Shown here: positions 13,965 through 25,207 of the stretch, in pieces
Numbering within the stretch: the first letter of the stretch is position 1
Layout of the letters: every line of letters begins with the position of its first letter
Source of the DNA: Adineta vaga
Lineage: Eukaryota > Animalia > Rotifera
Direction of reading: 5' to 3'
NCBI GenBank assembly: GCA_021613535.1
Contig: CP075493.1
Coordinates: forward strand, 13,330,001-13,394,000
Length of the DNA: 64,000 nt
Notes under the pieces: model-generated
What the model saw: the letters and a program-made list of their open reading frames with translations, nothing else
The model's database searches: none
What the model was told of the DNA's origin: nothing
Made by a program: the position numbers and the translations under genes

Positions 13965-13970
13965 AATAAA
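13965..13970 (+). terminator. Probable polyadenylation signal of the helicase-NTase-PARP gene
   Basis: AATAAA 50 nt after the stop codon; weak evidence in AT-rich DNA. Confidence 0.45.
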
Positions 13971-16465
13971 TTGTCATCAGACTATGTAAAGATAACTTAT
14001 TCATTTCTTATCGTAATTGATTCATCATATAACCTGACATTAAATAATTAACGCTTCTTTATGATAATTTTGACATAGATCATCGTTATCAATTTTATGA
14101 TAGTAAGTTTGATCAATGAAATTAAAACACCTCGCTATATGACGATGTTCTAACTCGCTTACACCGTTGGTGCAAAAATCATGTTTCTAAGATAGCACTA
14201 GGCTATTCATTTATAGTGCTTAACAAAAACTCACACCAGATTCGAATTTTCTATAAAATAATCATACTGTATTCGCACCTTATCATTGGATTAATACCTG
14301 AAGTGCGGAACAGCAAGAGAGCAAATAAACAATCTATTCTTTCAAAAATATTCTTTTTATTTCAGCAATAGTACACCTCTTTCAGACTAATAAATTAAAA
14401 TCAAACTCGAGTTGACTTTATTAGTAATAGTATAGTTAAATAATACTTCTTTTCATTGTAGAATAAATAAATGGTAGTTCTTCTGATGGAGATCAAATAC
14501 GTGAGGTACAATTTGATGACAATTAGACCGAAATAAAGACCATGTTTAAGAAGCAGAACCAGTTTAATCTCAGCAATTGCCTATACGTGGCAAAGATATT
14601 TACAATTTCCATTATATTATATTATATTAGTATGAATCATGTTTCGACACTATTTATCTTTTAATTTACAATGAATTAGATATGTGATCTGTATCAGTAC
14701 CGACCTATACTCAAAATAATGAAAAGTGAATGTGTTACAACTTGTTACTATGATGAAATCTTGCAACGAGCCTCAGACATTATCTTTATATTTTTATAGT
14801 AAGAATAATGTATCAAAATTAGTTAGTATTGATTTAAGTTACATACTTAAACAACATCGGTCGAAACAATTCTTCTATATATTAATAACAACGATATCGA
14901 TTTTAACTATTTACCTTACTATGTGTTGAAAACTTATTATAAACTGTAACACTCTCGAATATTAATAATTTACGTGTCATATCTACTGTTCAAGAATCGT
15001 TTAACCGCGATTAATTTTGAGACAATCTGAATTTGCGCTACGATATCATCGCAATAATGCTGTGTGATACCAAGATTATGTTTTTACGAATTCCAACCGA
15101 AGGCGTTTCAAAATTAATAGTTTACCGATTAATTCCAGTGTCATTTAAATTCACGCAAAAAATAGATATATTCAAATCTTCCAAAAATGTTTGGATTCGT
15201 TTTATGAGATAATGATATGGATATTGATGAGTGCACACTATCCACTATCGTTTTATCAAGAATGTTGTGTTTTTCTGAACTATTTACTGACCAATAAGCT
15301 GCCAAAAAGAATATAAATTCCCAGTTATTCGATCATCTTATACAGAACAAAGTGTACTACCTAGTACTATGCAGAAAAAGTGGAACAGCAGTTATACGAC
15401 ATCGTACTTTCAACATTGATGACGTTCTTTTTCAATCAAGTGAAGATTTTGGTCAACTAATGATGCCAGGTTATAAGTTATAGGTGGACAAATCAATCAA
15501 TAATATAATATTAAATTGTACATCAAAACAATACAGCATGAAAATGAATGTTTCGTGATTTTGTTGCATCCATTTTATCCTTTATCTGTTTCGTTTTACC
15601 TATTATATGTTGATTTATTTTCAGGTCTATCAAATATAAGTTATATAAGTTACAAAAAAATAAATAAATGATCTTGAATATGTTGTAGACGATATGATTC
15701 TTCTTATATTTTTCTATGTTATAGTAGTCATACGGCAGTACAGTCTATGGTTCGCATGCCTATATCCCACATAATAAAGTTAGTCGTACACACACATTAA
15801 TACCCTTTTCAAATGTATATATAGACGTAGCGACTCAAATTCATTTTTAAAATACAATCAGTCATACTTTTCAAGGTGTTTGGGATTAGTTAGTTTTACA
15901 AAAGCAAAAACTGGACCTCTTTGTACTTCGATCGAATAATATCTATAGAATAGCATTGAATTTATTCTTTTTTTGGAATCATTCAGCTTATACAAAACCA
16001 AATAATGAGTCGTCTGAGCAAGAACAAAATCGGTGTTGATATGCTTGCCACACACACACATAAACGCTCACCCAAATCCACAGTCTCATCTACCCATCTC
16101 ATTCATTTCGTAGTGATGTTCTCATTAATCATCAAGTAAGTGCGTGCTTTTCATTCTTTGTTTCTATCGGCTGCCAATGACGCAACCTATGAAATAATTC
16201 ATTGCCCGTCAATAGTTTATGTGCATCATAAAGCCTTTTTTATGTCTTCACAGCTAAACGCATTAAATGTTGTTTTCTTTATCTTGATTCTTTATTTCTG
16301 TTTCTATGCAGTAAACTCTCCGATAACACGCCAACAGATAAACACATGAAAACGAAGAGAAAGAAAGAAGTCGAAAGCGGCCGTTTTTTCATTTTTTCCG
16401 TCAGGTCTTGCGAGAATATTTGTTACAAAAGAGTGTTTTAATAGCGCATTAATTCAGCTCAGAAA

Positions 16466-17530
16466 ATGCTCAGTGGCACGGGTGCAGATTCGATTGAAAC
16501 AAGAACGGCCATGGTACGAATGATGCAAGCAATGAGACCATCTAAGAACGGAAGAATCAGCACTGGCAAGAGTATGCTCGCGCGGCGTTCCGACACAGTA
16601 CGCGATGTTGTGTTCACAAATGACACTTTATTTCCCTCTTTCAGTAATCTACCGATTTCTGGAAATGAACGCAGTCTACGAACTCATTACCGAGAGGGCT
16701 GCTTTAATACATACTTACCTATCCGTGCTTGGTTTTTTCTCGCAGAGATCACTAACCCAATTGATATTGCCGTTAAAAAAAATCAGCAGTATATCCTGGT
16801 GCGCGATATCGATGGGAGAGATAATATACGGGTTATGTTTCACAATAAATCAGCAAAAAACATGGCATTTGATTATACACTCCTCATACAAGGATATACA
16901 GTATGTATTCGTTTTGCTAGCCGCCAACAAAATGATTCCGATGTGGAAATCGATGAAAATTATAAGAAAATATACATATTTCCTACTGCTCTTCAAGTAT
17001 TACTAACAACAATGTCGGATGAAATCAATAATCATGTTCCTCTTCGACCCTGGGTTAGACCAAGCGATGCACAGATATTAGCTCATTGTATCAATAAAAC
17101 AGCGCATAAATTGCACTATGAACCTCCGGCACCGAATCATTGTTGGAATTGTAAAATGATGCCGACTAGTGATAGTGATTCAAAGTTGATGAAATGTGTT
17201 CGCTGCATGACCGCCTTGTATTGCGGTAAACTCTGCCAGACTGAGCACTGGACTGCTAGTCATAAACGTTGCTGCAAGTCCTACAAAGTTTACTTCTCTA
17301 TGCTTCAGGAAGTCAAAGAAACGCTGAATAATATGGCGAAATACTTGTTTGAGTTTGTTAGCACCGACGAGGAGGATGGCGGCGACGAGAATGATGAGGA
17401 CGAGGAGGAGGGCGACGACGAGAGTGAGGAGGACGACGATGAGAATGATGAGGAGAAGAAAAAAGAAGAAGATCGGTGTGATAAGAAACAAAAAGTTGGT
17501 GAAATGACTTCTGTTATAATATCTGAATGA
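16466..17530 (+). CDS. MYND zinc finger protein with acidic C-terminal tail (intronless)
   Basis: CWNC...LMKCVRCMTALYCGKLCQTEHW..SHKRCC is a MYND pattern, followed by a D/E tract. Confidence 0.85.
   Translation: MLSGTGADSIETRTAMVRMMQAMRPSKNGRISTGKSMLARRSDTVRDVVFTNDTLFPSFSNLPISGNERSLRTHYREGCFNTYLPIRAWFFLAEITNPIDIAVKKNQQYILVRDIDGRDNIRVMFHNKSAKNMAFDYTLLIQGYTVCIRFASRQQNDSDVEIDENYKKIYIFPTALQVLLTTMSDEINNHVPLRPWVRPSDAQILAHCINKTAHKLHYEPPAPNHCWNCKMMPTSDSDSKLMKCVRCMTALYCGKLCQTEHWTASHKRCCKSYKVYFSMLQEVKETLNNMAKYLFEFVSTDEEDGGDENDEDEEEGDDESEEDDDENDEEKKKEEDRCDKKQKVGEMTSVIISE
17366..17472 (+). repeat. GC-rich (GAN)n low-complexity tract encoding poly-Asp/Glu
   Basis: Runs of gacgaggaggatggcggcgacgag... Confidence 0.85.
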
Positions 17531-17863
17531 TGTTCCAAGCAGCATGACTTACACGAAATAAGAAAAGTTTAGAATAATGCTTACTAGGAATGATAAATTT
17601 TTCGAATATAAACGAAAAAATTGAACTATTTAATTGTTAAAAAAAGACTTGAATAATTAAATAAAAAATTGAACAGTTGAATTGAACTTTGTAGCATGAC
17701 ACTATACTGAACTTATATTAGTTGGACTGCAGATACGATCCGCACATGTGATAATAAGATGAGGCTAACTCGGTTATTTCATTTTTAAAACAGTCATATA
17801 TAAAACGAATATAAAAGTTCTACTGTCAGTATGATTTCAAAGTACAATATGTTTTTTTCTAAA

Positions 17864-20563
17864 TTATTCAATAAAACCATGAAAAAATAAAATAACTGAA
17901 AATAACAAGAAAAATAAGATTAGTTTTACAGAATCAATGATCATAAATAATATAGTACGGCGTTTCAATTTCGAAATCATTCGTTTGATTTCGAATAATT
18001 TAACTAAGTGAGGATGATCTTGAGTTAATGTTTGCTCATAGATATGAGAAGACATCGTTAAGTATTTCTCTGCTTGACTATAATCTGATTTTCTATTCAA
18101 ATAAAATAATGCGAGATTTTTGTATGACAATGCCAGATCTGGATGATCAGAAGATAAAACTTTTTTCCATATTTTCAATGTTTGTTCATGATAATTTTGG
18201 CATAGATCATTGTCATCGATTTTATGACAATGAACTTGACCAATCAAATCCAAACATTTTGCTACATCGCGTTGTTCTATATCAGAGAACATGTTCTTGT
18301 AAATAGTCAATGCTTGTGTAAAATAATTCAATGCTAAATCGAGATTGAATAAATCCAAATAAACTTCACCTATATTTTTCAATGTATATGCCATATCAAT
18401 ATGATTCATCATATTCGCCTTTTCGATTAACTGAATAACTATTTCATATTGTTTTAAAGCTTGTGAATAATTTTTTTGTCGGTAAAAACATTTCCCAATA
18501 TTATTAATGGTTATTCCCATATCAATATAGTTATCCTCATTATTTAAAACTTTTCGAGCTATATCTAAACTTTGTTTGAAATATTTCATTGCTTCTACAT
18601 ATTGACACATTTTATAATAACATTTACCAATATTATTTATGTCTGTACTTAAAAATATGTGGTTGTTGGTAGGATAAAGTTTTTTATGATTTACATATGA
18701 CTTCTTCTGATAAAATAACGCTTGATTATAACGCCCCATATGATAATAAATCATACACATATTATTATAGTATTCACTTCGATCAGGATGGTCTTGAGGT
18801 ACGAAGTTTTCGATATATTCATACGATTTTTCGACATATTCCAGAGCCAAATTGTCTTGTCCTTTGTTATAATATGTTACACCGATTCTTCCAAGTATAC
18901 AACAAATAAGTCTTTGATTATTAGGATCATTCTCAACCATATGTAATCCTTTGAAATAATAGTCCAACGCAGTATCAAATTTGCTCTGACGATCATACAA
19001 TGAACCTATATAGGCTAATATTCTTCCATGTTTGTTGTTTGATGGTGGCTGGACTTGAAGACATAAATCAAGTGCAGATTCCAAATGTCTTCGGCCTAAT
19101 TCATGTTGTGTTAAACCAGTTAATGCACGTCCTAATCCTAGGTGAATATCGATTAAAGTCGAAGTATCTTTCTCATGTGGGTCGGATAACAAGTTTTCGA
19201 AGTAATAACGACATTTAAGATATTCTCCCATATCGTAAAGTAAACCACCAAATAAAACAAAGCTATCTGCTTCATCACTATTCATTTCTTTTCGTTTAAA
19301 ATCAAGATATTCTTTGGCAATATCTGCACCTTTAGAAGATGGACTCATTTGACAAATCCAATAGTTATATCTGTCATCATAAGAAACACTTTCAATTTCG
19401 AAAACTGTTCCAAGATCAAATAAGAATTCTTGTTCATCTTCAAATTGACTATAATCTGTAATATTTGCTACAATAGTTGATGGATGCAAACTTGTATCAT
19501 AATTTATTTCAAAAATAATCGATTGTAAATAACTATCATTGACATTCGAGTGAACATTATCAATACCAGCATACATTTCTGCTACTTTTTGATTTTTACT
19601 CGTTGAAAGATATCCATTCGTTGATATTAGATGACCAATACTGTCTTTTAAACGATCGATTTCATCTTGTTTTTGTTTTGTTCCTCGATAAAGTTTTATC
19701 GATTGATAATATTCTAAAACTGTTTTATGAATAGCATCTAATTGAGTACATAAATCAATTAGATAGAAACGATATGTATACAAGGATTCGACATCTTCTG
19801 TTCGTAAAGCTTTATTGATTAATTTGTATACAAAACAATCTTTTGTATACCATCTGATTGTGTTTTTGGTTGAATATTCTTTATCAAATTGGTCGATTTT
19901 TTCTAATTCTTTTTTATTTCCACGATAATAAAGACGACATTTCTGAAGCATTTCTTCTTTCGCATTTTGATCATTACTTGGCATTTTTTGTAAAACTTCT
20001 TTTAATAATTGATGCCAAATAAATGATCCTGATTCTTTCAATAGATTTCGTATTGATCGTTGACTTTGATTACATACATTAAAAATATCCATTTGTTGTT
20101 CAGCTAGTTGAATATTTTTTTGAAGACTTCTAATTAAACTATGCTGTTCAGTAAATATATCAACAATTTTATCATACACACTATTTTCCACCAATAACTT
20201 TTCATATTTGAGTTTATTCACACAAAATACAAAGATACTATCAATTTGACGTAGATTATGTATTTCTGATAATAAAATATGTGCATCATTACCCGATACA
20301 ATGAGAAAGATCTTTTCCGATTTGGTTGATTTAATAAATTGTAAACACTCATCCAATTCAGTAAAAAATAAAACATAATCATTGATTTCTCTGAGTCGAT
20401 TCTTTGTTAACTGAATATCTGGTAAATTCAATTTTATATTTCGATCAAACCATAATAGTGTAATACTTTCTTTATTTTCACGACATATTGTCCAATTTTC
20501 GTCCATCTCTATAAGCGTTTGTTCATTAGTAAAACGTTTTAACTCACAGGAATCCGATGCCAT
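17864..20563 (-). CDS. ADP-ribosyltransferase (R-S-E, exotoxin-like) + TPR array, with N-terminal receiver-like domain and C-terminal TM (intronless)
   Basis: WYT.DCFVYKLINKALR, LYRG, GYLSTS and EDEQEFLF ART motifs; about 10 TPRs (NNIGKCYY...A..YF); hydrophobic tail. Start placed at the ATG at 20563. Confidence 0.9.
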   Translation of the reverse strand: MASDSCELKRFTNEQTLIEMDENWTICRENKESITLLWFDRNIKLNLPDIQLTKNRLREINDYVLFFTELDECLQFIKSTKSEKIFLIVSGNDAHILLSEIHNLRQIDSIFVFCVNKLKYEKLLVENSVYDKIVDIFTEQHSLIRSLQKNIQLAEQQMDIFNVCNQSQRSIRNLLKESGSFIWHQLLKEVLQKMPSNDQNAKEEMLQKCRLYYRGNKKELEKIDQFDKEYSTKNTIRWYTKDCFVYKLINKALRTEDVESLYTYRFYLIDLCTQLDAIHKTVLEYYQSIKLYRGTKQKQDEIDRLKDSIGHLISTNGYLSTSKNQKVAEMYAGIDNVHSNVNDSYLQSIIFEINYDTSLHPSTIVANITDYSQFEDEQEFLFDLGTVFEIESVSYDDRYNYWICQMSPSSKGADIAKEYLDFKRKEMNSDEADSFVLFGGLLYDMGEYLKCRYYFENLLSDPHEKDTSTLIDIHLGLGRALTGLTQHELGRRHLESALDLCLQVQPPSNNKHGRILAYIGSLYDRQSKFDTALDYYFKGLHMVENDPNNQRLICCILGRIGVTYYNKGQDNLALEYVEKSYEYIENFVPQDHPDRSEYYNNMCMIYYHMGRYNQALFYQKKSYVNHKKLYPTNNHIFLSTDINNIGKCYYKMCQYVEAMKYFKQSLDIARKVLNNEDNYIDMGITINNIGKCFYRQKNYSQALKQYEIVIQLIEKANMMNHIDMAYTLKNIGEVYLDLFNLDLALNYFTQALTIYKNMFSDIEQRDVAKCLDLIGQVHCHKIDDNDLCQNYHEQTLKIWKKVLSSDHPDLALSYKNLALFYLNRKSDYSQAEKYLTMSSHIYEQTLTQDHPHLVKLFEIKRMISKLKRRTILFMIIDSVKLILFFLLFSVILFFHGFIE

Positions 20564-21277
20564 TGATACAAAATAGAATATTTCTTTTCGGTATAGTCTT
20601 TTATATTTCGTAATCTGTTGGTTTTTTTCCAAGTTAGAAATATCAAAAATAGTTCTTCATCTCACTTCCGTTTACTCATACTATTAAGGTTATACAACGC
20701 AGTGTTTTGGTGTAGTACGTGTGAATAATCAAAGCTGACGAGAAATAACTGATTCAGAAATAACAAGAAAAAACAATATTGTGATGCACATAATCATATT
20801 TCATTGTCAATCGTAAAAAAAATATTTTCGAAAAAACAAATGAAAGCGAAACCATACATTAGACTAAATGGAGAGGAGAAATAAAGAATACATCACCATA
20901 GGCTCACATTTGTGTTTTTATTATTCTTTCTATTCAACAAAATAAATATGACTCAAAGAAATAATCATCAAGTGGCGTGAACTATAGATTATGTGATTAA
21001 CCCAAAACAGAAGAAAAAGAGCAACGAAAACTAAAAAGAGCAACTAAACGCGCCGATATTAAATTGAATAGAATCTCTCTCTCATGGCTATAAAGAAAAA
21101 AAACTTCTCAAGTTACTAACTAAATGTGAGTGCAAGTGCTAAGATTGAGTTTGTATACACTCATACCTTCTCATCGACATATCTTGGATAAAAGAAACGA
21201 AGACAATACAATTGCTTGTCTGTAATATATTTTCATTTTTTTCTCAATTAACATAGGAAAAGATCAATAAACAATTT

Positions 21278-21529
21278 CTATTTATCAAAACGTTTATCTG
21301 TCAATAGCTTTTTGGCTTTTTTTGCACTGGCATCACCAGATTTAGCAGCCTTCTCTATGTCTTCAAGCGTTGCACCAAGCCATTGACCAGGAAACTCTTG
21401 TTTTATACTTCCTTTCTTTTTTTCTCCAATGATTTGTTCGGCAGTTTTTGCTAAAACTAAGCTAACAGCCAATCCACCGAATAGTGTAACAAGAGCTTCC
21501 CAACCAAGAGGAATTGCCATTGCTGCCAT
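21278..21529 (-). CDS. 83-aa protein: hydrophobic N-terminal helix + basic C-terminal domain resembling bacterial RHS/polymorphic toxin tips
   Basis: Clean ATG-TAG ORF, GC-richer than its flanks. The C-terminal part is KKGSIKQEFPGQWL..TLEDIEKAAKSGD..AKKAKKLL.D.RFDK. The family resemblance is from recall only. Confidence 0.65.
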   Translation of the reverse strand: MAAMAIPLGWEALVTLFGGLAVSLVLAKTAEQIIGEKKKGSIKQEFPGQWLGATLEDIEKAAKSGDASAKKAKKLLTDKRFDK

Positions 21530-22686
21530 GAATAAATGTTGTAGGGTTGAATAGAAACAAACGAAGACAATAATTGTAAAACTGTGCTCGTCCTATTGTT
21601 TTTATAATTGTGCCTCTCCCGATAAGGGGGAATTATTTTAGTTACCAACATACGTTGTTCTTTGATATATATATATATATATATGAGTCATCATTTTTGT
21701 TGGAAGAATTACATATATTAATCATAGAAAGAATTCTCATGCTCCGAATTTCAATCATACACAAAGGCTTATAAAATGATTCTGAATCTGAGTAGTGATG
21801 ACGATTAGAGGAAAGAATTATATTTACACACGCACACACACATTGGCATGTATTGATTCCTTTTACTTTATTTAAAATCATGGAATTTTTTGAATAATCG
21901 ATATGAATGGTAATTAGTAATAAATTCTTTTTCAATTCTTTTCCATCTATATATCTCTGATGGATTTTATAGTCGTAGTTGAAAATTTACTCTTGCTTAT
22001 ATGTAATGTTCTCAATTGTCTCATTTGTGCCAATTCTTTTGATAAACTAGTTAATTTGTTTAAGATTTCGATTGAAACATTCCAATGTTTTATTAAGTGT
22101 TCCTATGTCTGATGGTATATGGAATTGATTTGAGAATAAATAACGAATTTGTTTCAGTGAACTAATAATACTTATATCAACAAGAGTGTTTCCACCTACA
22201 CCCCACCCTGTGAAGTTTGATTCATTTTTTATAAGAAAAAGAATAGATTATGACACTTTTCTGCATCGAAAAAGATTAGTAGCTATTTCATTAAAAACAA
22301 TACAATAAGTGTTAAAAGTATAAATTGAAGTACATACAATATTTTCGTCAATATTTAAAAGAAAGAAACAATTGAATGCATATATATATACACACGTAGT
22401 AAAGCAGATTTTGTCCGAAATGTAGTCGTTTGTTGTATTGATCTGGATTTTTCTATTTTGTATTGCATGATGTATCCTAGTGAAAGTTCGATATGATAAG
22501 TACTCTTATGCAGTAACATCTTGGATATGATTTTGTTTGCCTTCAGGTGGTAAAATGTGTTCTTGACTTTCTGTAAAAAACATAATCCGAATTTCAACAT
22601 TTCATAAGAGCCTTGCGCAAGAGTGATGTAATATGATCGATACAACGAAAAATAAATCATTTATAGTCTTTGTTAAAACACAAGTA

Positions 22687-24162
22687 ATGAGTCAAGGAAA
22701 AGTTCAGATGCGTATGACGATTATTGGCAATACTGGTTCAGGTAGAAAAACGATGGCCCATCGATTGATAAACACGCTCGGTAGTCCTAAAGTAAGACAA
22801 GTTTTTATTGCTCTATTTATATAGAATTATATAAATGATTTCTATTGCTGCACATATTCGATTTCAAAGCAACAAATTGCAACTGACATCAAACCTAATA
22901 AATTTGAGACTTCAAAATATTGTATCACTATTGTCGAACCACCTGGTCATCGTGATTTCATCAAAAGTAGCATTACACTACCTACGCAAGTAGGTCGATT
23001 ACTCTTACCTATGTGGTTTCAAAAGAAGGAGCGCTTATTTACTGTTTATTCTTTTAGACCAATTGTGCCGTGCTGATAGTATCTGCACATATCGATGAAT
23101 TCCAAAGTAGTATGTCTAGGGATGGTTTAACGCGTGAACAGATTCTTCTATCTTACACTATGGGTATAAGACAACTTATTGTTGCAGTAAATAAGATGGA
23201 TACTGAAGATGTGTCTTATGCTGAAGATCGTTTCGATAAAATCAAAACTGAATTACTTAGCTACATTATAAAAGTTGGCTATAAACCAGAGCATGTTATA
23301 ATCCTGCCAATGTCAATTCGACATGACGATAATTTATTTCAGCCGTCGGACAAGATGTCTTGGTTCAAGGGTTTTACTCTGTTGGAAGCTCTCAATGCTG
23401 TTACTGTACCAGAACAACTACGCGATAAACCATTTCGTTTACCCATACAAGATGTTTTTAACATAAGGGGAGTTGGTACAATAATTGTCGGTCGAGTTGA
23501 GTCAGGTGTGCTGAGACCAAATATGATCGTCACGTTCACTCCATCGAATATTACAACTACAGTTCAATCGATCGAAATGCATCATGAATCTTTAGAAGGT
23601 GAACATCCTTTTTCTTGATCAAGGAAATACATCCTAATTATTTGTAGAGGCTCAACCCGGCGACAGCATCGGTTTTAATGTGAATGACATTAGTGTGAAA
23701 GGATTGCGACGTGGTTTTGTCTGTTCAGATGCACGAAATGATACAGCTCAAATAACTACAAGTTTTATTGCTAAAGTGAGAACACATATTTCAAGTTTTC
23801 TCAAAACAATCAATTATATATATTGCTAACATTTATCTTATTCATTTTAGATTATTGTGATCAATGATTCAAGCGAGATTACCCAAGATTATGTTGCTAG
23901 GCTTCATTGTCATACAGCTCGAATTGACTGCCGATTCGTTGAATTATTGGAAAAGATCGATCGAATTACAAACAAAACCCTTGAAATAGGTCCAAAATAT
24001 CTCAAATTAGGTGAAGCTGCAATCGTGAAAATAGTTCTGCTCAAACCTGTCTGCTTGGAAAAGTTCGAACAATATCCAACTTTAGGTCGATTTGCCATAC
24101 ATGATATAAAACATGTTATAGCTGTCGGAACCATTAAAGAAGTCGAAAAACTAAATGGGTGA
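22687..24162 (+). CDS. Divergent elongation factor 1-alpha-like paralogue with degenerate GTPase motifs (5 exons: 22687-22791, 22870-22989, 23058-23598, ~23649-23775, 23851-24162)
   Basis: FETSKY.ITIVEPPGHRDFIK, TREQILL.YTMGIRQLIVAVNKMD, DKPFRLPIQDV..I.GVGT..VGRVESG, SIEMHHESL, LGRFAI. The P-loop reads GNTGSGRK. Confidence 0.9.
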
Positions 24163-25207
24163 GATTACAACTATCAACATTCAATAAGCATTCATCTTTA
24201 AAATGTACACTAAACGTTTTTTAAATAATCTCGAACTGCCTTCCTGACAGTTTCTCTTTTATACTAAACCGTTTTAATTTACGCATGTCGCTACTACAAT
24301 CGAGTTTAACATCCCATATGTCGTTTAGACCGAAAACATCATCTCTCAACTCGGCTAAACATGTTTTATTTAATAAAGTAATTTGTCTATAAACTACCCA
24401 TTAATATGCATTAGAAATTTTACCGAACATTGACGCCAAAGCTTTTCTTGCAATACCAGTATTAAACGATATCCATTTTTATTTCTCTAAAAAGCTATAT
24501 AGCCGAAAACAAAGCAATTACTTTCACATTTGTATAGGACAGTACATATTAGTAAAATTGAGTCGAACTAATTCCGACAACAGGATTTATTGTACTAAAT
24601 AACATCTACAACTATGCATTATTTATTTGAATCATTCGACTCACCAACTAAGTTGTCTACTATTTTGTTTGATCACAAGGAATATTTCGGTTTAAAGACT
24701 TGGAAATGTGATAATTAAAAAAATTTCAGAAGTAAAATTGGTACGCTAATTTCAATGATCGCAGTAATGAAACATCTGTATCTGTTATATGTACAGTCTC
24801 ATTAGGAGGTTTGGTATACTAGATTAGCATTGGATAGAATTGGATTAGACCACTTTATCTAACTTTTTGTAATTACTCTTGTTAAACATGTACTACAGCT
24901 CTATTTTCATTTTTATAACGTCAAGATTCGGCAATAAGTCATTCACATTGATAGATTTAAGTTCTCTGCCGAGTGCATGACGCAGAACAAAAATGTTCGA
25001 TGAGAATTGCGCATATTCTCACACATGCTTCTTTATATCATATTAACGAGAATGTCTATCTTGCAAATATACGACAGGAAAGCTAATGCTAATCGTTGTT
25101 ATTATTTGCCTTTTGATATAAGTATTTATATCCATTTGTTCACTAGTTCTTTTGCAGTTCTCTCGCTGGATTCTTTTTCTTAAAAACATCATTACCTATA
25201 GTAGAAT

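Noticed and set aside
13980-16400. Long intergenic stretch as ncRNA, MITE or gene relic
   Set aside because: No terminal inverted repeats, tandem array or convincing coding motif found by eye.
17180-17545. Hydrophobic and poly-Ser ORFs on the minus strand
   Set aside because: Antisense of the D/E tract of the MYND gene.
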